Shown: positions 6,966 to 16,444 of the stretch, piece by piece
Layout: each line of letters begins with the position of its first letter
Numbering within the stretch: the stretch's first letter is position 1
From: a virus
Lineage: Duplodnaviria > Caudoviricetes
Virus record (IMG/VR): IMGVR_UViG_3300033559_000079
Location: 1 to 39,571 of that record
Strand: one strand, 5' to 3'
Length of the DNA: 39,571 bases
Position numbers and translations under genes: made by a program
The notes under the pieces: model-generated
Database searches by the model: none
Told to the model about the DNA's origin: nothing
Seen by the model: only the letters and a program-made list of their open reading frames with translations

Positions 6966-7597
6966 ACGGCGAGAGAAAAACGCACGAGTCGTATGGTAAG
7001 ATTAAAATCGGGCACTACACAAGTACTCGTGAAGAGTTTTACGGATCAGAAGTTATTCACCACGGCGGCGTTTCGATTGAGATATCCGAGTCTGTTTTCG
7101 AAAGAGACCTTGCGAGTAACTGGTATCATGCCGGAGACTCGATAGTAGGCGTGAAGATGTCGGCGAATCAGTTCGCTGAACTTATCACTATGGGTATGAA
7201 CACCGACGGTGTACCATGCACTATATTGCACGCCAACGGAAAACGAAGAGCCAGATTTGAGATGGAGAGTGTTGAAGATGTGTTCAACAAAGACTTCGAA
7301 GCTCGCATTGATAAGGCTGCCGAAACTCTTGACTTGGCAATGAAGCGCCTTACGTTCTTAATGGGTGAGAAGACTATCAAAAAGTCTGATGCAGAAGGGC
7401 TGTTGAAGGAGCTGCATAATGCCAGAATGCAGATGACTCAGAACGCTCCGTTTGTAAAGAAGCAGTTCGACGAGTACATGACAAATGCATTCACCGAGTT
7501 GAAGACTGACGCTGAGCACTACATCGAAACTGGGCTTAAAAGACTTGGGCTTGATTCATTAAAGGACAGTATTGGTAATGAAAAACGAATTGGCTAA
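6962..7597 (+). CDS. Phage hypothetical protein, 211 aa (beta N-domain plus coiled coil)
   Basis: HESYG...MSANQFAELITMGMNTDGVPCTI pattern; GAGG RBS; coupled overlap. Confidence 0.75.
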   Translation: MNGERKTHESYGKIKIGHYTSTREEFYGSEVIHHGGVSIEISESVFERDLASNWYHAGDSIVGVKMSANQFAELITMGMNTDGVPCTILHANGKRRARFEMESVEDVFNKDFEARIDKAAETLDLAMKRLTFLMGEKTIKKSDAEGLLKELHNARMQMTQNAPFVKKQFDEYMTNAFTELKTDAEHYIETGLKRLGLDSLKDSIGNEKRIG

Positions 7598-7832
7598 GTT
7601 CGCTAAAGGCGCCAAGCCAATGTCTTTCTGCGTAAGGTGCAAAACTTTCGTTGATAAAGATGGAATGCACTATCACGATGTTTGCAAAGACTGCTTGACT
7701 GATGTTGAGAAGGCTCGTGAGGAGCGTCGAATAGCTAATGAAAAGCAGAGGCACGAGCTCTACTTAAGGAGGCTCGGTGAAAGAAAAAAGGTTAAGAACA
7801 ACAGGAATTTCAAAAAGGGTAGGAAGCCATGA
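7578..7832 (+). CDS. Small basic protein with two CxxC pairs (possible Zn finger)
   Basis: CVRC...CKDC and a Lys/Arg-rich tail; coupled to its neighbours. Confidence 0.6.
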   Translation: MKNELAKFAKGAKPMSFCVRCKTFVDKDGMHYHDVCKDCLTDVEKAREERRIANEKQRHELYLRRLGERKKVKNNRNFKKGRKP

Positions 7833-8242
7833 AAAAAGTTAATTTGATCGAAGTTAGAATGTGGGATGATCTTGTCAAAAAGACGTACGGAAAGCCGTAC
7901 AGTTTCCAGCAGCAGGATGACTGTAAGCCTCGTGGTATATTCAAGTTTTCAGTGCCATCTAAATGGAAGCCTGACGACTTCGAAAATGACGAAATCCCAA
8001 TGGTTGTTAACGGTTCTGAAATGGGTGTATCATTCAAAGCTTGGCTTGAAAAAGATCCTTCGCTTCCAGTAAAAGTAAGCGCATTCGATGGTAGCGACAC
8101 TATTGTTGACACAGACTCTCAGTCAGACAAGGCTATCGTTTGGGAAAGAAATTTCTACCCTAACGCAAGTATGATTATTGAAGACCTCGCTAAAAAAGGT
8201 CTTCTTGAAGATGGTGATTACATAATTGAGATTGACTGGTAG
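7829..8242 (+). CDS. Hypothetical protein
   Basis: 137-aa ORF with an ATGA overlap. Confidence 0.7.
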   Translation: MKKVNLIEVRMWDDLVKKTYGKPYSFQQQDDCKPRGIFKFSVPSKWKPDDFENDEIPMVVNGSEMGVSFKAWLEKDPSLPVKVSAFDGSDTIVDTDSQSDKAIVWERNFYPNASMIIEDLAKKGLLEDGDYIIEIDW

Positions 8243-8248
8243 ACTTGT

Positions 8249-8428
8249 ATGGCCTCAAAAGAGATCGAGGATTTGATAAAAGTTCTTATGAATTCTGGCG
8301 CAAAAAGCGTCAGAGTGTTTGATTGTAAGTACGAAGACTTCTTTGAAGTAAAGAATGTTTTCGTGACAGAAGATACCATTGACCTTGTAATTGATATGGA
8401 GTATAAAAATGCCAGTAGTAATGTTTGA
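8249..8428 (+). CDS. Small hypothetical protein, 59 aa (MASKEIEDLIKVLMNSG...)
   Basis: Below the track cut-off; fills the gap in the co-directional gene run. Confidence 0.55.
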   Translation: MASKEIEDLIKVLMNSGAKSVRVFDCKYEDFFEVKNVFVTEDTIDLVIDMEYKNASSNV

Positions 8429-8978
8429 TATTGATGACACCCTCGTTAACAATACTGTTATCGAGAACGTTCTTAAAAAATTCGGGTGCGAAGACACTCG
8501 TATCCAGTTCGACTACTTCAGCATGGATATCCCTGCCGAAGCGAAGGATCTGATAACTGCGAAGTTCGTTTGCAATGACACGGTGAGCAGCTTTGAGCCT
8601 AACCCTGGAATGAAAGAGCTTGTTCAGAAGCTTCATGAAAAAGGGTTCAAGTTGATAAGTATTACTGCTCGACCCGAGTATGTGAGAACTGGAACTATGG
8701 TGATGATGCGCAAGCATTTCCCGCAGATCCAGAACGTGTTCTTTGCCGGCAGCTTCAACAAGATTGAGTTCATCAAGGCTCAAGGCGTTACTCATATCTT
8801 CGACGACTCTGCAAAGGTTATGTCTGACTGCCAGGGTCTCGGGTTGAAACTGTTCATGATCAGCAATGATATGACCAAGCACAACCACGAGTTCGTTTCC
8901 GCCGGTGGATTTGAAGCGATCGTTATTGATAAGATCGGCGATGCTGATGCGTTCATAGCGGAGCACTTCGAATGCTGA
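8409..8978 (+). CDS. HAD-superfamily phosphatase (5'(3')-deoxynucleotidase-like)
   Basis: Motif I FDIDDTL, motif II ITAR, motif III K and motif IV IFDD. Confidence 0.85.
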   Translation: MPVVMFDIDDTLVNNTVIENVLKKFGCEDTRIQFDYFSMDIPAEAKDLITAKFVCNDTVSSFEPNPGMKELVQKLHEKGFKLISITARPEYVRTGTMVMMRKHFPQIQNVFFAGSFNKIEFIKAQGVTHIFDDSAKVMSDCQGLGLKLFMISNDMTKHNHEFVSAGGFEAIVIDKIGDADAFIAEHFEC

Positions 8979-9292
8979 TTGAAGACATTTTACCGGGGCT
9001 TCGTGCCGGAAAGATGTACAAGGGTACGTTCAGGGTTGGTGGTAAATTCCAGACTGACCGCTACTACTTCATGATGCCGAATGGTATCCCTATGTTCTTG
9101 GAGATGGATTTCCCATCTCCTCTGGTAGGGCACATTATGGCTGACGAGTTTTCGAACGACTCGTGGGTTGAGGTTAATTTCGAACTCGTTACTTCTACGT
9201 GGATGGGTATCCATGGTACTGAAAAAGAAGATCGTTACTTTAAAGGAAGGGATTTTAAATATGTATCCGATGACAATAATAATCAGCGATGA
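8972..9292 (+). CDS. Hypothetical protein
   Basis: Coupled ORF with a GGAG RBS. Confidence 0.6.
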   Translation: MLIEDILPGLRAGKMYKGTFRVGGKFQTDRYYFMMPNGIPMFLEMDFPSPLVGHIMADEFSNDSWVEVNFELVTSTWMGIHGTEKEDRYFKGRDFKYVSDDNNNQR

Positions 9293-9632
9293 GAAAGATC
9301 TCATCGAAGCAAGAGATAAGCTTGAGTACCTATCTAACGAAGAGGTGTACAAGAAGCTTGGTGCTGAGATAATCCAGAACTACCCTGAGTATTCAAGCGA
9401 GCATATTAGCTGCTGCAGATGGTCAGAAGATACGTACGAATTCTTAGTAGAAAACCCTGACACTGAATCGCATGAAAAAATGAGTGTAACCGGCGCTGAT
9501 ATTGCTCATGCAATACCAGGGTTCATCAGCAATTACAGAACTCGGCCATATCTCGACGCATGTGCTTGGGATAGTGAGGACACTGACATGCTGATGCAGC
9601 TTCACTTCTACGGAGAGGTTGTATTCGGATGA
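9261..9632 (+). CDS. Hypothetical protein
   Basis: Acidic ORF ending DMLMQLHFYGEVVFG; start chosen at the ATG after AAGGAAGG. Confidence 0.65.
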   Translation: MYPMTIIISDEKDLIEARDKLEYLSNEEVYKKLGAEIIQNYPEYSSEHISCCRWSEDTYEFLVENPDTESHEKMSVTGADIAHAIPGFISNYRTRPYLDACAWDSEDTDMLMQLHFYGEVVFG

Positions 9633-9967
9633 CAATTGCGGATGAGTTTGTCAGGCTATCGCAAGAGGCTTGTGAACCGTTCAGAATGAGTAAGATCGAC
9701 AATAAGACCGTGCATCTAGTCCAGAGGGCGATCTATGAATCGACGAAGGGCTTGATACCCGGTCTTGATTATAGCCCTGAAATGATTATTGTAAGCTTTG
9801 ACGGTAGCAGCATGTCTACCGTTATGAGCAAAGAATTCTTCAGTAAAAGTAACAAGAAGAAATTTCATAGAAGGAGGATCGAATGGAATATTGTCTCACG
9901 AAAGATGGGAAGTGCTTCGAGGGAAGTGCCGCCGACATCGTTAACGCCGTCTGTGAAATTACTCTGA
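9629..9967 (+). CDS. Hypothetical protein
   Basis: ATGA overlap with the previous gene. Confidence 0.55.
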   Translation: MTIADEFVRLSQEACEPFRMSKIDNKTVHLVQRAIYESTKGLIPGLDYSPEMIIVSFDGSSMSTVMSKEFFSKSNKKKFHRRRIEWNIVSRKMGSASREVPPTSLTPSVKLL

Positions 9968-10149
9968 TTGACAGAAGGCTCGTAGTTAGGTTTTCAAAGA
10001 ACAAGGCGTCGAGCTGGAACGAGCCGAGAGAGTTTCACTCTTACGGGGACAGTTGGACTGTCGATGAGATGTGTCGCGATGCTTATCAATTTGTACTTGA
10101 AAGATTGACGAGGGATTATGGCTACAGAATTTATTTCAGTACACAATGA
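9883..10149 (+). CDS. Hypothetical protein
   Basis: AAGGAGG RBS. Confidence 0.6.
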   Translation: MEYCLTKDGKCFEGSAADIVNAVCEITLIDRRLVVRFSKNKASSWNEPREFHSYGDSWTVDEMCRDAYQFVLERLTRDYGYRIYFSTQ

Positions 10150-10381
10150 CGAACTTCGCCGGTCTGTGTTTATCTCCGGAATGTTCAAGGTCGTAGTGGA
10201 AGATATGAGTACTCCGTTCAAAGCGAGAACTGTGCATACTTATTCGTTTATAAGGTCTGGAGATAAGTGGGATAGGTGTGAGCTTGCTGAAGTAGGCGCC
10301 CCAACTCTTCTCAAGTGCAATGTAAAATTCTGGGAGTATTTCTTTTTGAGATCTCCTATATCACCAAAGGTTAAAAAATGA
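10118..10381 (+). CDS. Hypothetical protein
   Basis: GAGG RBS; coupled to its neighbours. Confidence 0.55.
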   Translation: MATEFISVHNDELRRSVFISGMFKVVVEDMSTPFKARTVHTYSFIRSGDKWDRCELAEVGAPTLLKCNVKFWEYFFLRSPISPKVKK

Positions 10382-10791
10382 AAGTCTATAAAATTTGCCG
10401 CGATTTCCGCGGAGCTTACGTTTACAGAGCCAATGAAAATGGCGCTATCGTAAGCGAGAGTCACCTCAAAGTTGATCCGGGCCTTGATAGGTGGGATAGG
10501 GAAGCAACTGTCCTTGAATGGCTCATGGAGTTTGGGTTCGAAGTAAGCGAAGAGAGTAAGATTCATACTGTGATTGGCGTCTACGCAGACGGCAGCCATG
10601 TTATCAATGGTGTTCCCACAAAGAACCTTAGGGATAATATTGCGTACAATAAATCAGCCAGACCTGGTAGAGCGATCATCGTTGATGGCAGATGTATATA
10701 CAAAGGCTCTGTGTCCGGAAACGTGATAATCAAAGTAAATCTCGAGCGTTGCAATGTCAAGATGGCCAAAGATACTCAACCTTACAAGTAG
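10378..10791 (+). CDS. Hypothetical protein
   Basis: ATGA overlap. Confidence 0.6.
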   Translation: MKVYKICRDFRGAYVYRANENGAIVSESHLKVDPGLDRWDREATVLEWLMEFGFEVSEESKIHTVIGVYADGSHVINGVPTKNLRDNIAYNKSARPGRAIIVDGRCIYKGSVSGNVIIKVNLERCNVKMAKDTQPYK

Positions 10792-10797
10792 GCAAGA

Positions 10798-11019
10798 ATG
10801 TCAAGTTTGATTCCTTGTTTCGATTGCAACGGAGTAGGTTGCACCATCTGCTGTGACGGATGGATTGTTGTTGATCACCCTTACCCGAAGGAGGATAGTC
10901 CTCTTGGGTTTGTTGTGGAGAATGGACCAGCTGAGTATGCTATGCTCGGCGTCGTCGTAGCGGCAGTAATATTATTCTTCTCAGTATTAATAGTATCGCT
11001 GGTCACATGCCAGGCATGA
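10798..11019 (+). CDS. Small membrane protein with a Cys cluster
   Basis: CFDCNGVGCTICC and a C-terminal TM segment MLGVVVAAVILFFSVLIVSLV. Confidence 0.6.
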   Translation: MSSLIPCFDCNGVGCTICCDGWIVVDHPYPKEDSPLGFVVENGPAEYAMLGVVVAAVILFFSVLIVSLVTCQA

Positions 11020-11291
11020 TGAGCGCAGTATGCGATGTGTGTGGTGAAATTGGATTTGTTGAGCACCATTACAAGCAGTATGAGTTCTCGTGTGAATGTC
11101 ATGGAAAAAACCATTTCCAGATATGCACATGCTGCTCAAACTGCGTACCGGTGTTCAAGCAATTTCACCCGGTAGATATTGACTCGGAATGTTTCATCTT
11201 CGAAGGTGAGACCATGATTAAACGAATGGATAGCTGGAAGGAGTGTGTGGATGAAATTAACAGAAGAGCAAAGATCGATTGTACACCATAG
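11016..11291 (+). CDS. Cys-rich hypothetical protein
   Basis: CDVC...CECH...CTCCSNC; ATGA overlap. Confidence 0.55.
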   Translation: MMSAVCDVCGEIGFVEHHYKQYEFSCECHGKNHFQICTCCSNCVPVFKQFHPVDIDSECFIFEGETMIKRMDSWKECVDEINRRAKIDCTP

Positions 11292-12672
11292 AGGTGACCT
11301 AAAAATAAATGCAGTCGCCGGAAGCGGCAAAACTTCTACTCTTATCGAGCTTGTGAGAGCAAGGCCTGATGACAGGTTTCTGTATATCGTGTTCAACAAG
11401 ACCGCCGCCGACGACGCTAAGAGGCGATTTGAGAAGCAGGGCCTTGGAAAGGTGCATGTAACAACTGCTCATGCTTATGCGAAGGCAGCTGTTGCCGGGA
11501 ATAAGTCAGGATATGTCCTCGCAAACTACAATTCAGATGCGATTAAATTTGCATCGAAAATTGTTGAAGGAGGAAACAAGTATCAAGCTGCATCAAAAGC
11601 TCTCAGACTTCTTGATGAATACTTCAACTCTCCATTCCGGAAGTTTGAAGAGTTCGTCGAAGAGGAGAACGTTAACACGAAGAATGCGTACATAATTCTT
11701 CGCGCTATGTTCAAGAAAGAGATGCCGATTACCCATGGATTTTACATGAAGCTTTACCAAGTTTCAAACCCACAGATAACTGGGTTCAGCGCTATCTTGT
11801 ACGATGAATTTCAAGATGCGAACGCTCCTATGGCAGACGTGTTCTTGAATCAAAGTTGCGAGAAAATCTGTGTTGGAGATACGCATCAGTCAATTTACCA
11901 ATGGCGCGGGGCGAGCAACTCTCTTGAGTCTGTTGATTTTCCAGAGCTCAACCTTACAACATCTTTCAGATTTGGGGAAGATATTGCCAAGAAAGCTACT
12001 GAAATTCTCGGAATGAAGAAGTTGATCGGCGGAAGAGGTTTGCAGATTAAAGGGGCTGGTGTTCATACTCACGCTCCGAAATCTTATGCGGTTATTGGCA
12101 GAACAAATGCAGCCTTGATCGAGTACGCTCTGGATTGTATTGACTCTGGGTCTACGAACGTTTTCTTCGAAGGCGGTATCGACAACTACACCTTCATGGA
12201 GCAAGGCATGCTTATGGATATGCACCACATGTTCAATGGCGACCGCAGTATGATTGAGTCCCCTCTTATTAGCAGTTTCGAGTGCAAGGAAGAATTAATG
12301 GTGTACGCTGCTGACAACGGTGAGACTGAGATCTCTTCGTTCTGCAACATGTTTTCGAAGTTCGGTAGAAAGACTCTTAATACCATGGACAGGTTGAGAT
12401 TGATTTGCAACAGCACTGATCGTGACGATGCTGAGGCAATCTTTACAACTACGCATAGATCAAAGGGTCTTGAGTACGACACTGTCTCGGTCTTGAGCGA
12501 CTTCATAAAGTTGAGCGATGTTGAGAAGTACAAGGAAGTGACAAGCCTGAACCTAAAACCTTCTGAAGAGAAGAAAATGCTTGGTAAGTTCAACAGGGAA
12601 AATATTAACGAGGAGATCAATCTCCGGTACGTAGCCTGCACCAGAGGGCTTCAGAAAGTGTATTTACTATGA
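11251..12672 (+). CDS. Superfamily 1 (UvrD/Rep-like) DNA helicase
   Basis: Q motif LTEEQ, Walker A AVAGSGKT, VFN, DEFQD, VGDTHQSIYQWRGA, LTTSFRF, TTHRSKGLEYD and YVACTR. Confidence 0.93.
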   Translation: MKLTEEQRSIVHHRGDLKINAVAGSGKTSTLIELVRARPDDRFLYIVFNKTAADDAKRRFEKQGLGKVHVTTAHAYAKAAVAGNKSGYVLANYNSDAIKFASKIVEGGNKYQAASKALRLLDEYFNSPFRKFEEFVEEENVNTKNAYIILRAMFKKEMPITHGFYMKLYQVSNPQITGFSAILYDEFQDANAPMADVFLNQSCEKICVGDTHQSIYQWRGASNSLESVDFPELNLTTSFRFGEDIAKKATEILGMKKLIGGRGLQIKGAGVHTHAPKSYAVIGRTNAALIEYALDCIDSGSTNVFFEGGIDNYTFMEQGMLMDMHHMFNGDRSMIESPLISSFECKEELMVYAADNGETEISSFCNMFSKFGRKTLNTMDRLRLICNSTDRDDAEAIFTTTHRSKGLEYDTVSVLSDFIKLSDVEKYKEVTSLNLKPSEEKKMLGKFNRENINEEINLRYVACTRGLQKVYLL

Positions 12673-13397
12673 TTCATTTCGTAAAACAACCAGATGAATT
12701 TTCTTGTGTCGCAGCGTGTGTGGCGATGGTTTCAGGAGCTCCAGTCAATGACATTCTCAAACTCTTCCCTGATTCAAAGGGGTGGAGTAAAAAGGAGGAG
12801 CTTGAAGCTCTCGAAACTCTCGGGTGTAAAAGTATGCAGGAGGAGTTTAATCAGCTCCACTTTGGGTTCACCTACATCGCGACAGCCCCTTCTCTTAACA
12901 TTGAAGGAGGAATGCATTGTATTGTGATCGATGCGACCGGAGAAGGAGACCCTGTAGTTTATGATCCTCTCAAAGATACTGGTCTGAAGTTCTATGATGA
13001 CTACAGGTCGCTGAGCTGGGGGAGCCTTACTCGGATCACGGGTTACTCTGAAGATCTCGACGATTCGTTCGACCTGCTGTTCGATCTGAAAAGTACGTGG
13101 GAGATCGGACTTTACGCTGCCGGAGTGTGGAAGACTGACAGGTTCGAAATCGGTGATCTTCGAGACCTGTTCATATCCCACAAGCTCCCTCTTCCGAAGT
13201 GCCTTACTGATCGAGAGCACGTTACATCCACAAGTAGGATTGACACTCTTAAAAGTGAGCTTCGCCGGAAGAATAATGACATCGATCGGATAATTGGAAA
13301 GCTCTCGGCAGTTCAGGAAGTTTTCTTGAAAGGTGAGATTCTGATTAAAAACAAGGCGACACTTCAACTTTTATCGGAGCTTTTTGATGAAGTATGA
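12669..13397 (+). CDS. Peptidase C39-like (papain-fold) domain protein with a C-terminal extension
   Basis: KQPDEFSCVAACVAMV, HCIVI and VYDP give the Q-C-H-D catalytic pattern. Confidence 0.7.
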   Translation: MIHFVKQPDEFSCVAACVAMVSGAPVNDILKLFPDSKGWSKKEELEALETLGCKSMQEEFNQLHFGFTYIATAPSLNIEGGMHCIVIDATGEGDPVVYDPLKDTGLKFYDDYRSLSWGSLTRITGYSEDLDDSFDLLFDLKSTWEIGLYAAGVWKTDRFEIGDLRDLFISHKLPLPKCLTDREHVTSTSRIDTLKSELRRKNNDIDRIIGKLSAVQEVFLKGEILIKNKATLQLLSELFDEV

Positions 13398-13620
13398 AGT
13401 ACTTGTAAGCTCATACTCGTCAATGTCTAAGGAGTTAATTTCTGACCTTGGTTTACATGTTGACGATAATGGAGATACTGTGTGGCCATGTGAATATGAT
13501 TATATTCCAGCTTTCGTTGAGATTAACAGTTTGGAGGAACTGCATGAGTTTATCGGAAAATATGGACGAGTCGTGCTCACTGAAAGCACTATCGAAATTT
13601 ACAACGGATACCGAGAGTAG
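13387..13620 (+). CDS. Hypothetical protein
   Basis: GGAG RBS; ends IEIYNGYRE. Confidence 0.65.
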   Translation: MKYEVLVSSYSSMSKELISDLGLHVDDNGDTVWPCEYDYIPAFVEINSLEELHEFIGKYGRVVLTESTIEIYNGYRE

Positions 13621-13636
13621 TCGTGCGGTAAGTGTT

Positions 13637-13891
13637 ATGCTTGACGAGTGTCACCACTTATCTATACCAATTGCGTCTCTCGAGGTAAATAAAAACATGA
13701 CTGCGTATGGAGAGTGCTGTAGGGTTGAGTTCACTGAAGTTGATGCTATTGATATGAGAAGGGCTATTGAAAGGTCAAAACTCATTCCTTCGTTTTTCAA
13801 GTATCGGCCGTTCGAGATGCCGAAACCACTCGTTTCTACGTGTCAAATAGTTACACCTTTTCCACTGGCGGTATTCATTGTTAACCCCTGA
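13637..13891 (+). CDS. Hypothetical protein
   Basis: Fills a gap; start uncertain. Confidence 0.4.
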   Translation: MLDECHHLSIPIASLEVNKNMTAYGECCRVEFTEVDAIDMRRAIERSKLIPSFFKYRPFEMPKPLVSTCQIVTPFPLAVFIVNP

Positions 13892-14246
13892 AGAAATAAT
13901 GGAAAACCTCGCTAAGATCCCGGAAGAAATTCTCGAGAGAGTAGTGAGGAAATCGCTCGGTAAAGCGAGAGATCTCGGATTCGGATTTAGAAAGTGTGTG
14001 TCATACTCTGATAGAGGTGCTGCGTGCGTTGTGACTAACAAGGATAGCACAACCTGCCTTGCTCGTTACGACTCGAAGCTTGACAAGAAGTCTCACATGA
14101 TCCTACTGCTGGAAGTGTGCGAAGTGTCGATGACAAGCGTGCATGAGCACAACAAGAAGAAGCGTGACGAATATATGCAGCTCGTCTACGAATCGAAAAG
14201 AGATCTGGACCGGATACTTGATATTGCTGCAGAAGAAATGGAATAA
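13878..14246 (+). CDS. Hypothetical protein
   Basis: 122-aa ORF with a TTG start. Confidence 0.55.
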   Translation: MLTPEEIMENLAKIPEEILERVVRKSLGKARDLGFGFRKCVSYSDRGAACVVTNKDSTTCLARYDSKLDKKSHMILLLEVCEVSMTSVHEHNKKKRDEYMQLVYESKRDLDRILDIAAEEME

Positions 14247-14251
14247 ATATT

Positions 14252-14791
14252 ATGAAGGCTATTTTATTCATACTCCTAATAGTTGCGCACCTTGAGTGCT
14301 CAAAGCCGATAGAGTACGTCCGAATCTCTGGCTCTATCTCGTCAAAAAAAGATGAGAAAAAAGACTTTGATTTCGACGAGTATGCAAGAAGAATATCTTC
14401 CCACGAAAGCTCTGACAACCCTACTGCCATTAGCCCGTCCGGGCTATACATGGGTAAGTATCAGATAGGGGAGCTTGCCCTGAAGGATATTGGTTGGAAA
14501 GGCGTAACAGTTCAAAAGTTCCGCAGAGACCCGTCGATATTTGATGAGCATGATCAGAGAAAAGCTCTTGAGATGATAGCGGCGAAGAACCGTGTTTATC
14601 TTTCTAAGTACATCATATCTTGCTCTGGCAAGGAGATGTACGGGATCAAGATAACTACTGCCGGGATGCTCGCCGCTGCTCATCACATAGGAGCAAGAAA
14701 AGTGAAAGACTTCCTTAGAACCGGTAAGGTTGCTAAGGATGGTAATGGGATCAAAATGACACTATTCCTTAGGAGGATGAATGACTTGTGA
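14252..14791 (+). CDS. Lysozyme-like / lytic transglycosylase-fold protein with an N-terminal signal or TM segment
   Basis: MKAILFILLIVAHLECS leader, catalytic HESS, GKYQIG and MLAAAHHIG. Confidence 0.75.
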   Translation: MKAILFILLIVAHLECSKPIEYVRISGSISSKKDEKKDFDFDEYARRISSHESSDNPTAISPSGLYMGKYQIGELALKDIGWKGVTVQKFRRDPSIFDEHDQRKALEMIAAKNRVYLSKYIISCSGKEMYGIKITTAGMLAAAHHIGARKVKDFLRTGKVAKDGNGIKMTLFLRRMNDL

Positions 14792-15131
14792 TTTTTGTGA
14801 TTGCGGGACGAATGAAGTTGTTACGATAGGCGAAGACTCTCACGCCTGTACCAACTGCTTCGCTGAAAAAATACTTCCGTTGATGACGCCAAGAGGTCAA
14901 GAGAGTTACTCGAAGCCAATTGTTGATGTAGCCGTGCTTTACGACGGAGGAGAATCTTGCAAGAAAAGGATCGATGATTTCGTTACTATATCTCCTGATT
15001 GCAGAATTAGGACGGATAGAACTAATCAGAGACTAACTGTTGGCGATGTCGTTTTCTTACATAACGACACAGTCATGGTTCTCCCTAAGATTGATTTCCT
15101 TAAGGAGTTCAAATGTCTGGATCGACTGTAA
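14781..15131 (+). CDS. Hypothetical protein with two CxxC pairs
   Basis: CDFC...CTNC; AGGAGG RBS. Confidence 0.6.
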   Translation: MTCDFCDCGTNEVVTIGEDSHACTNCFAEKILPLMTPRGQESYSKPIVDVAVLYDGGESCKKRIDDFVTISPDCRIRTDRTNQRLTVGDVVFLHNDTVMVLPKIDFLKEFKCLDRL

Positions 15132-15592
15132 GAAAACCTATTGAGTGGATCGAGTACGACGGCGACAGGGATAAGGTTCTACATGATATCAAACTTCATG
15201 ATGGAACTATAATCCCAGCATGTTACCCGAATAGTATCGCGTGGAATCCGCTTGCAACTCACGATCGTCGTCATGAGGACAGTGAAGTTGCGTTCATAAA
15301 TGTCTGTGGGTTTCACATGCTGGATCTTCACGAGTCAGAGGATTTGATACGCGATCATTTCAAGGCGCTTGGTGTTGACTACGAAAGGCGTGAAGAGATG
15401 TTTCAGAACAATCGATCTGAGATAGAGCTTGTGCCTGCAATGAGGATTGCTAAGCGAGGATTCGCCGCGTATCAGCTTCAGGACTCTGTGTATTTGCCGG
15501 ACTCTCCTAACTGGACTCCTGTTAAGTCTGATCCGGAGAGATTGAAGCTGAAGCCGAAGAAGCCGTACGTTTACAAGCGAGGTAGGAAGTGA
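15113..15592 (+). CDS. Hypothetical protein
   Basis: AAGGAG RBS. Confidence 0.65.
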   Translation: MSGSTVRKPIEWIEYDGDRDKVLHDIKLHDGTIIPACYPNSIAWNPLATHDRRHEDSEVAFINVCGFHMLDLHESEDLIRDHFKALGVDYERREEMFQNNRSEIELVPAMRIAKRGFAAYQLQDSVYLPDSPNWTPVKSDPERLKLKPKKPYVYKRGRK

Positions 15593-15816
15593 TGCACTAC
15601 AAGGTAACTCCATTCACATCAAACTTGCTAACGAACGGTCAAATAACCCACGCGGGACCTCTTTGTCTAAACGGAAGTTTCCACGCCAAGACTACGAGCG
15701 ATCTCGCAAGTGTTACGTGTGAAGCTTGCGCTGAAGCAACGAGGTACTTCGGTGTCCCAATAACAAATCCAGTGAAGGAGTATCGTGAAAAAGGTATTAA
15801 GATACGACAACGTTAG
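15589..15816 (+). CDS. Hypothetical protein
   Basis: GTGA overlap; H..C..CxxC pattern. Confidence 0.5.
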   Translation: MMHYKVTPFTSNLLTNGQITHAGPLCLNGSFHAKTTSDLASVTCEACAEATRYFGVPITNPVKEYREKGIKIRQR

Positions 15817-16444
15817 CACTCCAGCCGGCGTTGTCAATATCCAGATCAAGTTTGAGATTACAAGCTGCTTCACTTACAGCGTTAGCGTGCTGGATACAGC
15901 ATACGGCTTGGATCCGCGGCTTTCGTTTACAAACAAGGAGTTGGTTTCATTTGCGAACAAGAGTCTTGTGAGGTTTACAAAGTGGCAGCACACTGACATC
16001 TACGGCGTCCCAATGTACTACTTCGAGAACACGGCTCACCACGCAAGCAGAACCGCCATCACCGGATGGTTCGTGTATTGCAAGAAGCCGTGGTTCGAGA
16101 ATAGAGTTCTCGTCGAGTACACAGGTAGTGAGAGTCGGAAAAACGAGATCGAAGCACTTAATGATCCAGACATCATTATCGAGGTCGAAGAGCGGATGAT
16201 CAGCGAGCCGAATCTTGAGTATGCGAGGGCTACTGCAATCTGGGAAGACGCTACGTTAGAACAGCTTAGATCAGAAGAGTGCTTGAAGAAGCACCTTATT
16301 GATCTTCAGGTTGAATTTTACCAAGACATGAATTTTTTATTCCCGGGATGGAGAGGTCCAGATGTCAGTTCTCACCCAAGAGGAGCGCGACGCAGTGATT
16401 GCGGAAGCGGAGAAGAAGAAGGAAAAGGCAATAGTCGAAGCTGA
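15785..16444 (+). CDS. Hypothetical protein
   Basis: AAGGAG RBS with a GTG start; 219 aa. Confidence 0.65.
   Translation: MKKVLRYDNVSTPAGVVNIQIKFEITSCFTYSVSVLDTAYGLDPRLSFTNKELVSFANKSLVRFTKWQHTDIYGVPMYYFENTAHHASRTAITGWFVYCKKPWFENRVLVEYTGSESRKNEIEALNDPDIIIEVEERMISEPNLEYARATAIWEDATLEQLRSEECLKKHLIDLQVEFYQDMNFLFPGWRGPDVSSHPRGARRSDCGSGEEEGKGNSRS

Noticed and set aside
8310-13367. Long antisense ORFs (8310-8966, 12186-12641, 12774-13367)
   Set aside because: They lie opposite well-supported + strand genes (HAD phosphatase, helicase, C39-like peptidase) and show no motifs.
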